IMG/VR virus record: IMGVR_UViG_3300025151_000016
Source of the DNA: a virus
DNA length: 64,000 nt
Strand: one strand, 5' to 3'
The position numbers were made by a program, and so were the translations under genes. Under the pieces are notes generated by a model, which saw nothing but the letters and a program-made list of their open reading frames with translations, was not told where the DNA came from and searched no databases. Position 1 is the stretch's first letter. Each line of letters opens with the position of its first letter. Of this stretch, positions 36,288 through 46,579 are shown piece by piece.

Positions 36288-36439
36288 TTCGCTAAGCTCT
36301 TACGTAATTCAGATCCTTCAAAGTTATTCATGCTTGCATACTTTTTTAGTACTTCGTTTTCAGGATCTAAACGCTTCAACTCACGAGCAAGTTGGTCAAT
36401 CATTTCGTAATCCATTTTTGTTTTAATATGCTTACCCAT
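36284..36439 (-). CDS. 51-aa hypothetical protein (not in ORF track)
   Basis: MGKHIKTKMDYEMIDQLARELKRLDPENEVLKKY...; TAATG and ATGA overlaps. Confidence 0.65.
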   Translation of the reverse strand: MGKHIKTKMDYEMIDQLARELKRLDPENEVLKKYASMNNFEGSELRKSLAK

Positions 36440-37485
36440 TATTCTGCCTCAACAATAGTATCTGGATCTACCAGTGCTTTATGACCAATTGAATACTGCT
36501 TCTTAATAAACTCGCTGAACGCTGTTGTTTCAAAGATAGGATCCCAAAACTCTTTTTCTAGAGTTTGATCATATCGTACTTTACCAAACTCTTGGCCATC
36601 AGGACCATTAGCTTGTTGATACCAACCAGCCGAAGGTTTAGTAACATATCCACCAGCAAGAGCTACGTCAAGAAGACCGCTGTAACTTTGAACTCCACCT
36701 TCCCAAGATACGGAGATAGGAATCTTTGATTTTTCTTTTACATAACGAGACTTATCAACATTAATTACAAAGTCATAGCCTGTAATCTCTGTACCCTTTT
36801 TATTTTGCCTACGTCCAATGATCCAAATGTTATCGGCTGAGTAGTAGATACCTGTTCCACCACCTACGATATCTTTTGGAAATAATCCTATTTCTTTATA
36901 AGTATGATTAACTGCTATTAAAGGAATATCCTTCATAGTCAAGTAAGGTGTTACCATACGGAACAAACCTTTGAGTGCTTTTGCTCTTGACATATCAGCC
37001 ACAGACTTTTCATTCAATGCATCTTCAAGTTCTTTCTTCGATGCAAGGTTACCAATACTATCAATAACAATAACAACTCGATCATTGCGATCAAGTTCTT
37101 CGAGTTGACCAACAAGATCAAACTTTAGTTCTTCTACATTTGCAATAGGTGTATGCAATACACGCTGTACATCAATATCAAATTGTTCAAAGTAAGATTG
37201 TGGTGAACCAAACTCAGAATCATAAAATAGCATGACTGCATCAGGATACTTTTTCATGTATGCGCTAGCCATGAGTAAACCAAAAGAAGTCTTAAAGTGT
37301 TTTGACGGACCAGCCAATACTGTAAGGCCTGGAGTTAACCCACCGTCAACTGAACCAGATAAAGCAACGTTTACCATTGGTACATCTGTTGGAACCATAT
37401 CTTTTTCAGTAAAGAACTTTGATTCGCCAAGAACTTCGGTAGACTTAATCTTCGAGTTCTTTTTTAATTTATCCATAATTGACAT
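36439..37485 (-). CDS. uvsX: RecA-like recombinase
   Basis: AGPSKHFKT, YDSEFG, DSIGNLASKKE, GGGTGIYYSAD. Confidence 0.96.
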   Translation of the reverse strand: MSIMDKLKKNSKIKSTEVLGESKFFTEKDMVPTDVPMVNVALSGSVDGGLTPGLTVLAGPSKHFKTSFGLLMASAYMKKYPDAVMLFYDSEFGSPQSYFEQFDIDVQRVLHTPIANVEELKFDLVGQLEELDRNDRVVIVIDSIGNLASKKELEDALNEKSVADMSRAKALKGLFRMVTPYLTMKDIPLIAVNHTYKEIGLFPKDIVGGGTGIYYSADNIWIIGRRQNKKGTEITGYDFVINVDKSRYVKEKSKIPISVSWEGGVQSYSGLLDVALAGGYVTKPSAGWYQQANGPDGQEFGKVRYDQTLEKEFWDPIFETTAFSEFIKKQYSIGHKALVDPDTIVEAE

Positions 37486-38272
37486 TTTGTTCTCTTTCTC
37501 TATCGTCTAATTCGTAACATTTGCGATACTCATTGTTTATTCTAATACATTTTTCAATAATTGTAAACCCCTTATCGAAATTTACTAGAGCTGCAGTGTC
37601 CTTTGGAAAGCATGCGCCACCATATCCTTGCTTACCATCTGGCCCAGGAACTTTAGTATGCGAATGTCCAATACGTGAATCAGTACCAATAGCTTTTACG
37701 ACCTTATTAAATGTTTGTCCTTGACGAGCAATTGAATCATATAACTGATTGAAGAATGTAACCTTTAATGCTAAGAAAGAATTTATGCCATACTTTACAA
37801 AGCTGGCTTCTTTCGGAGTCATCTTATATACAGGACATGGTGTACATAGGCTATACTCATCATAAATCTTTTCTAAGAAATTAGTGTTTACTTCGTTTCC
37901 ACCAAAGACATGAAACTCTGGACGAATAAAATCTTCGTTAGCAGCTTTTTCTGTAAGAAACTCTGGATTGTAAATGAGATTATATTTTTCAAACTTATCA
38001 AAGAAAGTAGGAACGACGGTTGACTTTATTACGATAGGAATATTAGGACCAAGCGCAAGAACAACTTCAGTTAAAATAGAATCGTCAATAGATCCATCTT
38101 CACCAAACGGCGTAGGCACACAAACAAATGCAACACTGTACTTTGTAATATCAAGTTCATGTACACTATTTCCATACTTTGGATCTACAATATACTTTTG
38201 TAACTTAGGATGATTAAATCCATAGTCTACAGCTTTACCAACAAACCCATGGCCTACAATTATCATCTTCAT
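37469..38272 (-). CDS. ugd: UDP-glucose 6-dehydrogenase (short form)
   Basis: G.GFVG, VCVPTP, IKSTV, NPEFL, KY..N.FLA.KV.FFN, GYGGACFPKD. Confidence 0.88.
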   Translation of the reverse strand: MKMIIVGHGFVGKAVDYGFNHPKLQKYIVDPKYGNSVHELDITKYSVAFVCVPTPFGEDGSIDDSILTEVVLALGPNIPIVIKSTVVPTFFDKFEKYNLIYNPEFLTEKAANEDFIRPEFHVFGGNEVNTNFLEKIYDEYSLCTPCPVYKMTPKEASFVKYGINSFLALKVTFFNQLYDSIARQGQTFNKVVKAIGTDSRIGHSHTKVPGPDGKQGYGGACFPKDTAALVNFDKGFTIIEKCIRINNEYRKCYELDDREREQNVNYG

Positions 38273-38273
38273 A

Positions 38274-38702
38274 TTACGCCCCTTCATTTTGTGCCACTCG
38301 TCTACGTAGATCACTACTACTAAATCTATGTTCACGCTTATTAAAATATAAACGAATACCTTTACGACGACATACTTCTTTACCAGTAAAATCTTTGTTC
38401 TTGTATTCTTCACCCATGATTTTTACATTTATGTCAAACATTTCTAATATGTCAATCACGTCATTTTCACCTTGATAACAAACTATCTCATCAACGTATT
38501 TTACACCAGCCAATTGAACATAACGTTCTACCAATGTTTGTACTGGTGCATTCTTATCATCTCTGTCAAGAGAAGGATCTACCTGTAGACCACATATAAG
38601 ATAATCACAAATAGTTTTAGCTTCACGTAACATTGCTACATGACCAGCATGTAATAAATCAAATGTAGATAATGTTAAGCCAATTGTTTTAGTAGATTCC
38701 AT
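38274..38702 (-). CDS. TagD-like (glycerol-3-phosphate) cytidylyltransferase
   Basis: STFDLLHAGH, YVDEI, R.H.FSSS. Confidence 0.85.
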   Translation of the reverse strand: MESTKTIGLTLSTFDLLHAGHVAMLREAKTICDYLICGLQVDPSLDRDDKNAPVQTLVERYVQLAGVKYVDEIVCYQGENDVIDILEMFDINVKIMGEEYKNKDFTGKEVCRRKGIRLYFNKREHRFSSSDLRRRVAQNEGA

Positions 38703-39379
38703 GTTTCTTCCCATGTTTTAACTTGATGTACGCCTTGTCCAGCTGAGGCAAGAGCCCAAGATAGTTTATAGTCATTGCCACCCGGTTCCATTTTGTCACC
38801 AAAGAATTCAATACGATCATTTTCTAAATCAAAGTCACGTGTTATTTGTGACTTGTCACAGCCAGGTAATGTAATATCGATTCCAGTATCACCTGCAACT
38901 TCAAATAATATATGTGGGTATCTTTCTTGCATTGTAGTTGCAATCTGTACGCGTTCACTTTGATGATAATCCCATTCTTTGTACATAGCTCTTTCTTCAA
39001 GCGTATTGTTTCTTCCTAGGATACTAAAGTTTACAAGACCAGGACGTTGATCAAAATGCATACCAGTTTTGCAGGGAAACTTTGATTTGAGTATATAATC
39101 TCTTAGATCAAACTCTACGTCTAAAGGTAGTGCAAAAATTCCAGAATGCAAGTTCTTATCCTGTCGCCAAACATCGTTTCCTGAACAATTATAAACCTTT
39201 TCACATAGATTGTAAATAGTAGATCCTATTTGTTCTAATGTTTTTTTCCTATCTGAACCAGTAACTAGATAGCACGTATTGTTCGTAGCAAAATCCTCGA
39301 ACCATTTTGCAAATACAGAATCTATTTTCATTCTGCTTTCTGTTAAAGTACCATCCACATCAAATATAAACTTACGCAT
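38675..39379 (-). CDS. HAD IIB phosphomannomutase-like enzyme
   Basis: FDVDGTLT, VTGSD, R.GL.NFS..GR, FFGDK..PGGNDY. Confidence 0.85.
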   Translation of the reverse strand: MRKFIFDVDGTLTESRMKIDSVFAKWFEDFATNNTCYLVTGSDRKKTLEQIGSTIYNLCEKVYNCSGNDVWRQDKNLHSGIFALPLDVEFDLRDYILKSKFPCKTGMHFDQRPGLVNFSILGRNNTLEERAMYKEWDYHQSERVQIATTMQERYPHILFEVAGDTGIDITLPGCDKSQITRDFDLENDRIEFFGDKMEPGGNDYKLSWALASAGQGVHQVKTWEETWNLLKQLA

Positions 39380-39713
39380 AACCAACTGTCTCTCTCTGTA
39401 TATCGTTATGATTAAACTCTGCCCAATACAATTCAAAGGCAACACCATCTTTTAAACATTCAAATTGATGATAAACACCGGGCTTGACTTTTGTGTATTC
39501 ACCTGGTTCTAGTATTGTTTCATCAACCAAGTCATAATCATTTTGCCATACACGAATAAGCATACGACCAGACTCAACATAGAATCCATTCCATTTAAAC
39601 TCGTGTAGATGTTTGGAGCAAACACCACCTTTATTCATTTCAATTCTATGAAACTCAAGAACACCATTCATTTCAATCTGTTCTGTAAGTCCCCATACTT
39701 TACCTGCTTTCAT
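39372..39713 (-). CDS. Cupin, sugar-isomerase-like
   Basis: K.WG, CS.H.H..K...FYV.SG, V.PG.YH.F. Confidence 0.75.
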   Translation of the reverse strand: MKAGKVWGLTEQIEMNGVLEFHRIEMNKGGVCSKHLHEFKWNGFYVESGRMLIRVWQNDYDLVDETILEPGEYTKVKPGVYHQFECLKDGVAFELYWAEFNHNDIQRETVGYA

Positions 39714-40371
39714 GCCATTTCCTTGCATCTTCTGGAGTGTTAATTTCTATTCCATTCCATTCTACACTAGTTACGCCGATTTGTACACCATTTTTTAACC
39801 ATCGTAGTTGTTCTAGTTGTTCGATCTCTTCTTCTTTTTCTATTGGAAGTCTTGGATACAACTCTAACATATTTCTTTTATAACCATATACACCTAGGTG
39901 CCAATCTCCGTATCCTGTTATGCCTCTCCCAAACCAAAGTGCTTGATCTCCAGCTCTAATCATTTTTACTGAGTGAGGATCATTCTGCTTATCTTTTGGC
40001 ATAGGTGTCCATACGGTTGTCACCTCATAATTTTTTAAATGCCAATGAACATTGTTTATTATTTCTGGTGTAACGTCTGGCATGTCACCTTGTACATTTA
40101 TATATTGATCATAGTCTAGTTTTTCTAAGGCAGCTCCAGCACACCGCTCGGTTCCATTACTGAATTCTCTGTTGTCATATATCACGTGCTTGAGTGGAAC
40201 TGCATGTGCAACAGATCTATGATCAGTGAGTACATACGTATCAAATCCAGACTTAACGCAAGCATCGTAAACTCTACGAATCATTGTCGTTCCACCAAGA
40301 TTACATATAGGCTTACCTGGAAATCTACTTGATTCGTATCGAGCAGGAATTAATATCGCTGTGGTCGTCAA
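39700..40371 (-). CDS. kdsB: CMP-Kdo synthetase
   Basis: IPARY.SSRFPGKP, NGTERC, NVQGD.P, H.G.YGY, EQLEQLRWL, INTPED. Confidence 0.9.
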   Translation of the reverse strand: MTTTAILIPARYESSRFPGKPICNLGGTTMIRRVYDACVKSGFDTYVLTDHRSVAHAVPLKHVIYDNREFSNGTERCAGAALEKLDYDQYINVQGDMPDVTPEIINNVHWHLKNYEVTTVWTPMPKDKQNDPHSVKMIRAGDQALWFGRGITGYGDWHLGVYGYKRNMLELYPRLPIEKEEEIEQLEQLRWLKNGVQIGVTSVEWNGIEINTPEDARKWHESR

Positions 40372-41552
40372 ATTAAACTCTCTAAAATTTCTAATACCTG
40401 TTTACTATTATCTTCTACACCAATGTCAATAGCACTCTTTACGCATGTTCTTGTAAAATCTAAGCTGAATCTGTTGCCGTTGCTATCCATCCCTGTGTTT
40501 ATTAAATATACGTTACATACTTCATTCGTTATTTTATCCATAAGCAAATCACTATAAACTTTAACTGATCTTGGCATAAACGGTGATCCGTAACAAGGAG
40601 AGAATATTTTCTTTATCTCATCGCTGCCAGCTTCTGTTCCAGGCATTTGACTTGTGTAACCAGTTTCAAAGAAGCGTCTAACCGTATTACCACTTATTTT
40701 ACTTACAGGTGGAAACCGACCTGTTGCATCCATAGTTAAGAAGAATATATTATCAGGATGACCGAACTGATCCTGATCAGTCCAGGCATTGCTAACACAA
40801 TCTATAGAATAACTTAATCTTGCGTTCGCAGCTCCAGGATTTTCTACTACAAGAGTATCTCGTTTCTTTGCTTCTTCAACAGCATTAAAAATAGTTGGGT
40901 GAGTCTCTTGAGTTAATCCTTCTGATTTAGCATAACAACCGGTTTCTATAATACGAATGCCTTTATCGTTCCATGACACTTCATCATCAGATATAAGACG
41001 AAACTCTGGATCACTACTTAACGTTGTTTTACCTGTGCCGCTTAATCCAAACATAAGGTTTGTTTTATCTTCATAAGTAAAAGCTGCACAATGCATAGGA
41101 AGAATGTTTTGATCTGGTAGTTCAAATCCTAAGATACTAAACACACCTTTTTTAATCTCACCAAGAAACGTAGTACCACCAATAAGCATTGTCTTTTCAT
41201 CTAAGTGCACAGCAATAGTAGGTTGGCATTTTATTTCTGTATTATGAATGATAGTCCAGTCTGCGCAATGTTCGTACGGATTATCTACAACAGTAAACAT
41301 ATTACGTACAAACTGTGCATGTCTATCATCATTTGTTTCTACACGAAAACAAAAACCTGATGTATAGAAAACAAGATTATGCTCTGTATCATACTCATTT
41401 ATATCTTCAAAGAACTCCCAGTAATTGAGATCTTTACCGATCTTGTTATACTTAGGTCGTGTTAGATCTAAATGCTTAGTTCTATTTCCAAAGTGTACTT
41501 TATTTTCAGGAGAACGACCGGTTGGTTCAGTTGTTATTTCTATATTGGGCAT
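40368..41552 (-). CDS. pckA: PEP carboxykinase (ATP), compact form
   Basis: TGRSP, GEIKKG, PMHC, FGLSGTGKTTLS, DDE, GCYAK, FSPCYG.PF. Confidence 0.88.
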   Translation of the reverse strand: MPNIEITTEPTGRSPENKVHFGNRTKHLDLTRPKYNKIGKDLNYWEFFEDINEYDTEHNLVFYTSGFCFRVETNDDRHAQFVRNMFTVVDNPYEHCADWTIIHNTEIKCQPTIAVHLDEKTMLIGGTTFLGEIKKGVFSILGFELPDQNILPMHCAAFTYEDKTNLMFGLSGTGKTTLSSDPEFRLISDDEVSWNDKGIRIIETGCYAKSEGLTQETHPTIFNAVEEAKKRDTLVVENPGAANARLSYSIDCVSNAWTDQDQFGHPDNIFFLTMDATGRFPPVSKISGNTVRRFFETGYTSQMPGTEAGSDEIKKIFSPCYGSPFMPRSVKVYSDLLMDKITNEVCNVYLINTGMDSNGNRFSLDFTRTCVKSAIDIGVEDNSKQVLEILESLI

Positions 41553-42321
41553 AACTAAATTCCATTATGTTTTCTACTAAGTTGTCAAAATCAGAAAGCT
41601 TTAACATGTTTGGTCCATCAGATGGTGCACTGTCTGGATCTGCATGCACTTCTATAAAAAAGCTAGAAATGCCGAGAGCAGCACCAGCCCGAGCAAGATG
41701 AGGCACGTACTTGCGATTTCCACCAGTCGAGGTTCCTTGACTACCTGGTGTTTGTACTGAATGAGTAATATCGTAAACAAATCTATCACCAAGATCAGCA
41801 AGTAAATCATACATGCCAGTGAAATCATTAACAAGACGTCCGTAACCAAAGCTTGTTCCTCTTTCTGTTATCCAGACTTCTTCGGCTCTTTTAGTCTTAG
41901 ATAATATTCCTTTTACGTCCCATGGTGCCATAAACTGGCCTTTTTTAATATTTATGATTTTTTCAGTTTTACATGCTTCTACAATCAAATCAGTTTGCCT
42001 GCATAGGAAAGCTGGTATCTGTAATACATCAACAGCACTATTACTTCCTTGATAAGCTAAAGATCTAATTTGATCTACAGTATGAACATCTGTAAGAATC
42101 TTTAGACCCGATATCTCATTTTTAAGATCTATAAATGCATGATTAGTTGGATATAAACCCAATCCTCTTTCACCATCTATCGATGTTCTATTAGCTTTAT
42201 CAAAGCTAGCTTTAAAGAAATATTCCACACCATACTTATCGCAAACTTGTTTACAATGTTCTGCTATTTCTCCTGATCTGCCTATACTCTCATGTTGGCA
42301 GGGTCCTGCAATAATTCTCAT
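41527..42321 (-). CDS. kdsA: Kdo-8-phosphate synthase
   Basis: IAGPC, KASFDKANRTS, QIPAFLCRQTDL, KKGQF, TERGTSFGY, SDGPN. Confidence 0.93.
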   Translation of the reverse strand: MRIIAGPCQHESIGRSGEIAEHCKQVCDKYGVEYFFKASFDKANRTSIDGERGLGLYPTNHAFIDLKNEISGLKILTDVHTVDQIRSLAYQGSNSAVDVLQIPAFLCRQTDLIVEACKTEKIINIKKGQFMAPWDVKGILSKTKRAEEVWITERGTSFGYGRLVNDFTGMYDLLADLGDRFVYDITHSVQTPGSQGTSTGGNRKYVPHLARAGAALGISSFFIEVHADPDSAPSDGPNMLKLSDFDNLVENIMEFSYAQYRNNN

Positions 42322-43254
42322 CTATCCATTCCTATAAACATATTCTAATGCACGATCGGCTTCTACTTCCATAGGCCGGTTTTCGTACCAGTTACCAGTT
42401 TCACGATCAAACTCTTTACATAGCATAGCAATTTCAGATGTTGTGATAGGATAACTACGTTTGACCGCGTTACCTGCAATTGCTACCATGATTTGGTACA
42501 TCTTACTGTACCATCCAGTGTTACTTATAGTCATATAATCTGACGCTAATTTCTTTGGCCAGAACGGGCAATCGTGGTAACTTGACCACACAACATTATG
42601 ATTATCCATTTGTGATTTACGATGTTCAATTACTTGCTTTGCCCATTCAGGTGGTAATCTATCTATGAAGTTATTAGAGTGCTTTTTTTCTTCATATGGA
42701 TACTTAGCCATAAGTTCTTCTGGATCTATAGGATAACCTGTGTGATTACTAAATATGAAATTGTAAGCACCAATGTAACTACCAGGGATGTAATACATCC
42801 GAGACAAGTCCTTAGTCTGTTTATCTCCGATGTCTCCGAGATCTGTGTTAAGCGCGTACCAGAAATGTCGAATTCGTACTCCATCAACTGATCCTGTAAG
42901 CGGAAAAACAAGACGGAACTTCGGTAGATCACGAGTGGAACTAGCAGTGCTATAACAAATAAATTTATGTTGGCCAAAACGATCCAGAAGCTCATTCTCT
43001 AGATCTCCTTTAAATTCATGATCATCAACGTCAACAGCCGCCCAAGCTCCCCAGCTAAGTACATTTCTGTTGGCCCGAGTAGTTCCGTCTTCGTACGTAG
43101 CCGGCGATATAAGTTGTGCATCTTTCTTTCCTTTTAAAGGTTGTTCCGCTAATTTATATAGGAACTTTTCAAAGCTTGGCCATTCTTCAAAGTCAAACCT
43201 TTTATGAGTCTTGTTGTCAAACTGACTATTAAATACTGTGACAGTATAATACAT
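42322..43254 (-). CDS. Putative AEP-superfamily primase-like protein
   Basis: AVDVDD, YST.S, KFRLVFPL, D....D.SR.YY.P; coupled to gp43. Confidence 0.6.
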   Translation of the reverse strand: MYYTVTVFNSQFDNKTHKRFDFEEWPSFEKFLYKLAEQPLKGKKDAQLISPATYEDGTTRANRNVLSWGAWAAVDVDDHEFKGDLENELLDRFGQHKFICYSTASSTRDLPKFRLVFPLTGSVDGVRIRHFWYALNTDLGDIGDKQTKDLSRMYYIPGSYIGAYNFIFSNHTGYPIDPEELMAKYPYEEKKHSNNFIDRLPPEWAKQVIEHRKSQMDNHNVVWSSYHDCPFWPKKLASDYMTISNTGWYSKMYQIMVAIAGNAVKRSYPITTSEIAMLCKEFDRETGNWYENRPMEVEADRALEYVYRNG

Positions 43255-45794
43255 TATGCAAAGAAATCCTCCAAAGTAGCAACCGGCTCAGCTGACCAAC
43301 CCACAGCATCGAGGATTGGGCGAAGCGGTTCAATAAAAGTCTTATCAAACATTATACCATAGTCTATATAGCTTTGTAAACCAATTTCTTTCGGTAAAAT
43401 GCCAGGAAATGAAATAACATTTTCTTTGATAGGATTAGGAGTTTTAAGATAACAAAACTTAATTTTTTCACCGTTCTTAATCGTTTCATATTTACGTTCA
43501 AGCGAGTTTTGCTTGATAGCATGATTATATAGCAATGAACCACGTACATGTATTGGGCAGCCTTTGCTATATATGTTCTTACGGTCTTTCCATTTTGCTA
43601 TCTCAGTAACTCCACGAGGAAATGAGATGTCTTCTGGTGCGAGTGATGAGAACTCATTACGGAAATTACGGATAAATTCTTGTACGTCAGATTGAGAACC
43701 TTCAATAATAACTTTGAATATTTCTTTGAATTTATTACGAACAACTTCTGGTGTAGATGACTTGATAGCTTCAATACCCATCATCTTTAATTTTGGTGTA
43801 GCATACTGTACACCTTCGGAGTTATGTACGTTGAGGATATATCGTTTCTTTGCTGTCCATATACCACGATCGGCAATAACTTCACGAGCCATTTCCATAC
43901 GAGGAGTGTAGCCATTCATTACATGAAAGAATGCAGAATAAGAATCTTTTAAAACGTTTTCAAAATGATCATTACAGATTTTATCAAGGAACTTAACAGG
44001 ATCTTTAGGATTGAAGTTCTTTACAAATGGACTCATATTGATATAAACTGAATCGGTATCGATTGCAACCACATAATCTTTCTTGGTGCCAAGCATCTTA
44101 TTCATTTCGGAGTTGATTGCTTCTTCGGCCCAGCGGATAACTGTTTGACCAGTAAGTGTAACTGATTCAGCCAGAGCATTATCAAAGTACTTAAAGTATT
44201 TGTTGGCCAATGCACCATACAATGAGTTAAGCAGGATTTTGATTGCCATCTGATTATTTTCAAGCTGGTTAATCGTAGATTCCAAAGCTTTGTCTTTTGT
44301 TTGCTCATACATCGATTGTGTTTTAAGCATTTTCTTTTTAATAACTGTACGTTCAGAATAGTAGTCAACAATCAATTCAGGTATGATACCTTGAGACTTT
44401 TTAGTAAATGGTACACCCGAAGCACATACAGCATAGTCTTCGCATACTTGCTTGTGACGATCATGATCCAAATAATAATCAGGTCCTTGTGGAAACCTGT
44501 ATGTGTAGTCTTTATATAGATTTTCTGGAGATATGTTTTGCTGTACAATAATATTAGGATATAGAGAATTCAAATCAAAAGATACAACCCAATCATGTGC
44601 ACCAACCTGAGGATCTTTTACATAACCACCAGCAATAGACTTACGTTCATTATCAGGATTACCAAAGACTGCATATGGTACAGACTTAATTTGATTTACT
44701 GGTGAAACAATGTTTTTACTAAGAAGCCTGCGATAGATAATAGATTCCCATATGTTTGTTACACCAAACACAGCGTTTAAATTAACGCCACCTTTATATG
44801 CCATCGTTAAGGCAAGAGATATAAGCCCCATCTTCTGATCAATACGATCCACAAGCTGAACATCTTTAATATTATAGTCAATAAACTTTTGGTGATCTTC
44901 TTTATATAACGTATATAAATTACCATGTTCTTCATATGACAACTTACGTTCACCAAGAACTACGTGGCCAATATGATCGAGTTTATACGATTCTTGGTTG
45001 CCATATGAGTATCCAAACTTTTGAAATAACTCGAGATAATCTGCTGTTTGAATGCCAACTAATTCAAAAGTCAATAGTTCACGTTGCATTTTTCTGACAG
45101 TACGTTCGTTAACCATGTTCCAAGGAGATAACCGACGTGCAGCTTCTTCGGATCCAATCATGCGAATACGATTTACGAGATATGGAATATCAAAGAAATC
45201 AGAGTTCCAGCCAGTGATAACATCAGGATAGTTCTTTGTCCAATAACCAAGAAACTTGGCGAGCATATCTTCTTCTGAGTTACAATGGTGATACTGAATC
45301 ATATCACCTTTCATATCTACCTGTGTTTTTTCATAGTCATAAGTATCGAGTCCCCATACCTGATAGATAGAGGATTTACTTGATTTCAATGCAATAGAAA
45401 TGATAGGATACGCAGCTTCTTCCGGTGTAGGGAAGCCATCATCAGATGCAACCTCAATATCGAAGTTAACTACGTTGATGTGATTAACATCGAACTTAAT
45501 GTCATCTGGATATAGATCTGTAATAAATTGGTGAATGTAGTTTGTAGTACCAAAGATCTTAAAGTTCTCGGTATCTTTATATGTTTCAATAAAATCTTTT
45601 GCTTCAGACATTTTGCTGAAGTTGATTTCTTTTAAGTCATGACCTTCAAAGGATTTGTACTTACCTTTTTCTTTGACGGGTACAAATAACTTAGGAGCAA
45701 ACTTATGTTTCTTTGAAACTGGTGTACCGTTATCTGTATATCCACGGTACAGGATAGAATTGCCATAACGATTGATAGACGTATAGAATGCCAA
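43254..45794 (-). CDS. gp43: Family B DNA polymerase
   Basis: [25 protein letters not shown]...NSLYG, DTDS, KKRY; TTG start with GGAGG RBS. Confidence 0.97.
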   Translation of the reverse strand: MAFYTSINRYGNSILYRGYTDNGTPVSKKHKFAPKLFVPVKEKGKYKSFEGHDLKEINFSKMSEAKDFIETYKDTENFKIFGTTNYIHQFITDLYPDDIKFDVNHINVVNFDIEVASDDGFPTPEEAAYPIISIALKSSKSSIYQVWGLDTYDYEKTQVDMKGDMIQYHHCNSEEDMLAKFLGYWTKNYPDVITGWNSDFFDIPYLVNRIRMIGSEEAARRLSPWNMVNERTVRKMQRELLTFELVGIQTADYLELFQKFGYSYGNQESYKLDHIGHVVLGERKLSYEEHGNLYTLYKEDHQKFIDYNIKDVQLVDRIDQKMGLISLALTMAYKGGVNLNAVFGVTNIWESIIYRRLLSKNIVSPVNQIKSVPYAVFGNPDNERKSIAGGYVKDPQVGAHDWVVSFDLNSLYPNIIVQQNISPENLYKDYTYRFPQGPDYYLDHDRHKQVCEDYAVCASGVPFTKKSQGIIPELIVDYYSERTVIKKKMLKTQSMYEQTKDKALESTINQLENNQMAIKILLNSLYGALANKYFKYFDNALAESVTLTGQTVIRWAEEAINSEMNKMLGTKKDYVVAIDTDSVYINMSPFVKNFNPKDPVKFLDKICNDHFENVLKDSYSAFFHVMNGYTPRMEMAREVIADRGIWTAKKRYILNVHNSEGVQYATPKLKMMGIEAIKSSTPEVVRNKFKEIFKVIIEGSQSDVQEFIRNFRNEFSSLAPEDISFPRGVTEIAKWKDRKNIYSKGCPIHVRGSLLYNHAIKQNSLERKYETIKNGEKIKFCYLKTPNPIKENVISFPGILPKEIGLQSYIDYGIMFDKTFIEPLRPILDAVGWSAEPVATLEDFFA

Positions 45795-45820
45795 AAAATA
45801 AAACCTCCATTGTTGATGCT

Positions 45821-45849
45821 ATTCTATCATAAAAAAAGGGGATTGTAAA
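45821..45849 (-). promoter_or_regulatory. Sigma70-type promoter for gp43
   Basis: TTTACA-N17-TAGAAT. Confidence 0.8.
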
Positions 45850-45866
45850 CCCCCTAAATTTATTTT

Positions 45867-46298
45867 TTATAGTTCACTCAACAATGTTTTAAGTTTCTTT
45901 TTGCTTTTGCCTCTGACTTTTGCTTTGCTAACATCGTTCATTGGCACTTCACCGCCTTCAGCTACCATCACTACTCCAAGCATACCCATTGTTGCGTGCG
46001 GTGTACAAACATACACATACACACCTGGTACATCGAAGGTAATGCTAACTTCTTTGTTGTTCTTACTTTTTCTTGGAATGTCCCATCCATCTGGTCCTGC
46101 AACAAATTCTACGTTGTGTCCTTTAGATGTTGGTACCCACGTGATTGTGTCACCTACGTCAATAGCGACAACATCTTCGCTGTACACCATCTTAGCACCA
46201 TCGTCACGTTTATTTAACATTTCGATTGTTACGTCTGCCGCGAATGCTGGAACAGACAATGAAGCCATAACGGCTACTGTAGATAAAAGTTTCTTCAT
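45867..46298 (-). CDS. Pseudoazurin (periplasmic blue copper protein)
   Basis: Signal peptide; EMLNK, GHNV, YVCTPH..MGM type-1 Cu ligands. Confidence 0.9.
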   Translation of the reverse strand: MKKLLSTVAVMASLSVPAFAADVTIEMLNKRDDGAKMVYSEDVVAIDVGDTITWVPTSKGHNVEFVAGPDGWDIPRKSKNNKEVSITFDVPGVYVYVCTPHATMGMLGVVMVAEGGEVPMNDVSKAKVRGKSKKKLKTLLSEL

Positions 46299-46320
46299 TA
46301 TGAATTCCCCTGTGTTGTTT

Positions 46321-46350
46321 TGAAAGGGGCCATTACAGCCCCTTCAGTTT
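46321..46350. terminator. Hairpin terminator
   Basis: AAGGGGC-loop-GCCCCTT with T/A flanks. Confidence 0.65.
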
Positions 46351-46405
46351 TTATTTACCACCCTTCTTCTTTTCGATAGGGTTTCTTAGATATGTATGAT
46401 CTGGA

Positions 46406-46579
46406 TCAATCATTGTTTATCTCTTTTATTTGTAACATACAACGCTTAGACTCCTCGTGATACCCAAGTCGCGTTAGTTCTGCCGCTGCCCGTGAGTACC
46501 CTATCACCTTCGTAGTACGGTCTAATGAAGACCACAATGCCGATAAGGGCGAGTATATACAAGACATTACTGTTGACAT
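46406..46579 (-). CDS. 57-aa small protein (not in ORF track)
   Basis: MSTVMSCIYSPLSALWSSLDRTTKVIGYSRAAAELTRLGYHEESKRCMLQIKEINND; follows the DUF1127 gene. Confidence 0.65.
   Translation of the reverse strand: MSTVMSCIYSPLSALWSSLDRTTKVIGYSRAAAELTRLGYHEESKRCMLQIKEINND

Noticed and set aside
37469-42321. Host contamination or chimera explaining the kds operon
   Set aside because: Genes are overlap-coupled to phage core genes on both sides and have similar AT-rich composition
43254-45794. Introns or inteins in gp43, RNR, gp41, thyX or gp20
   Set aside because: ORFs are continuous and of normal length, with no intein motifs
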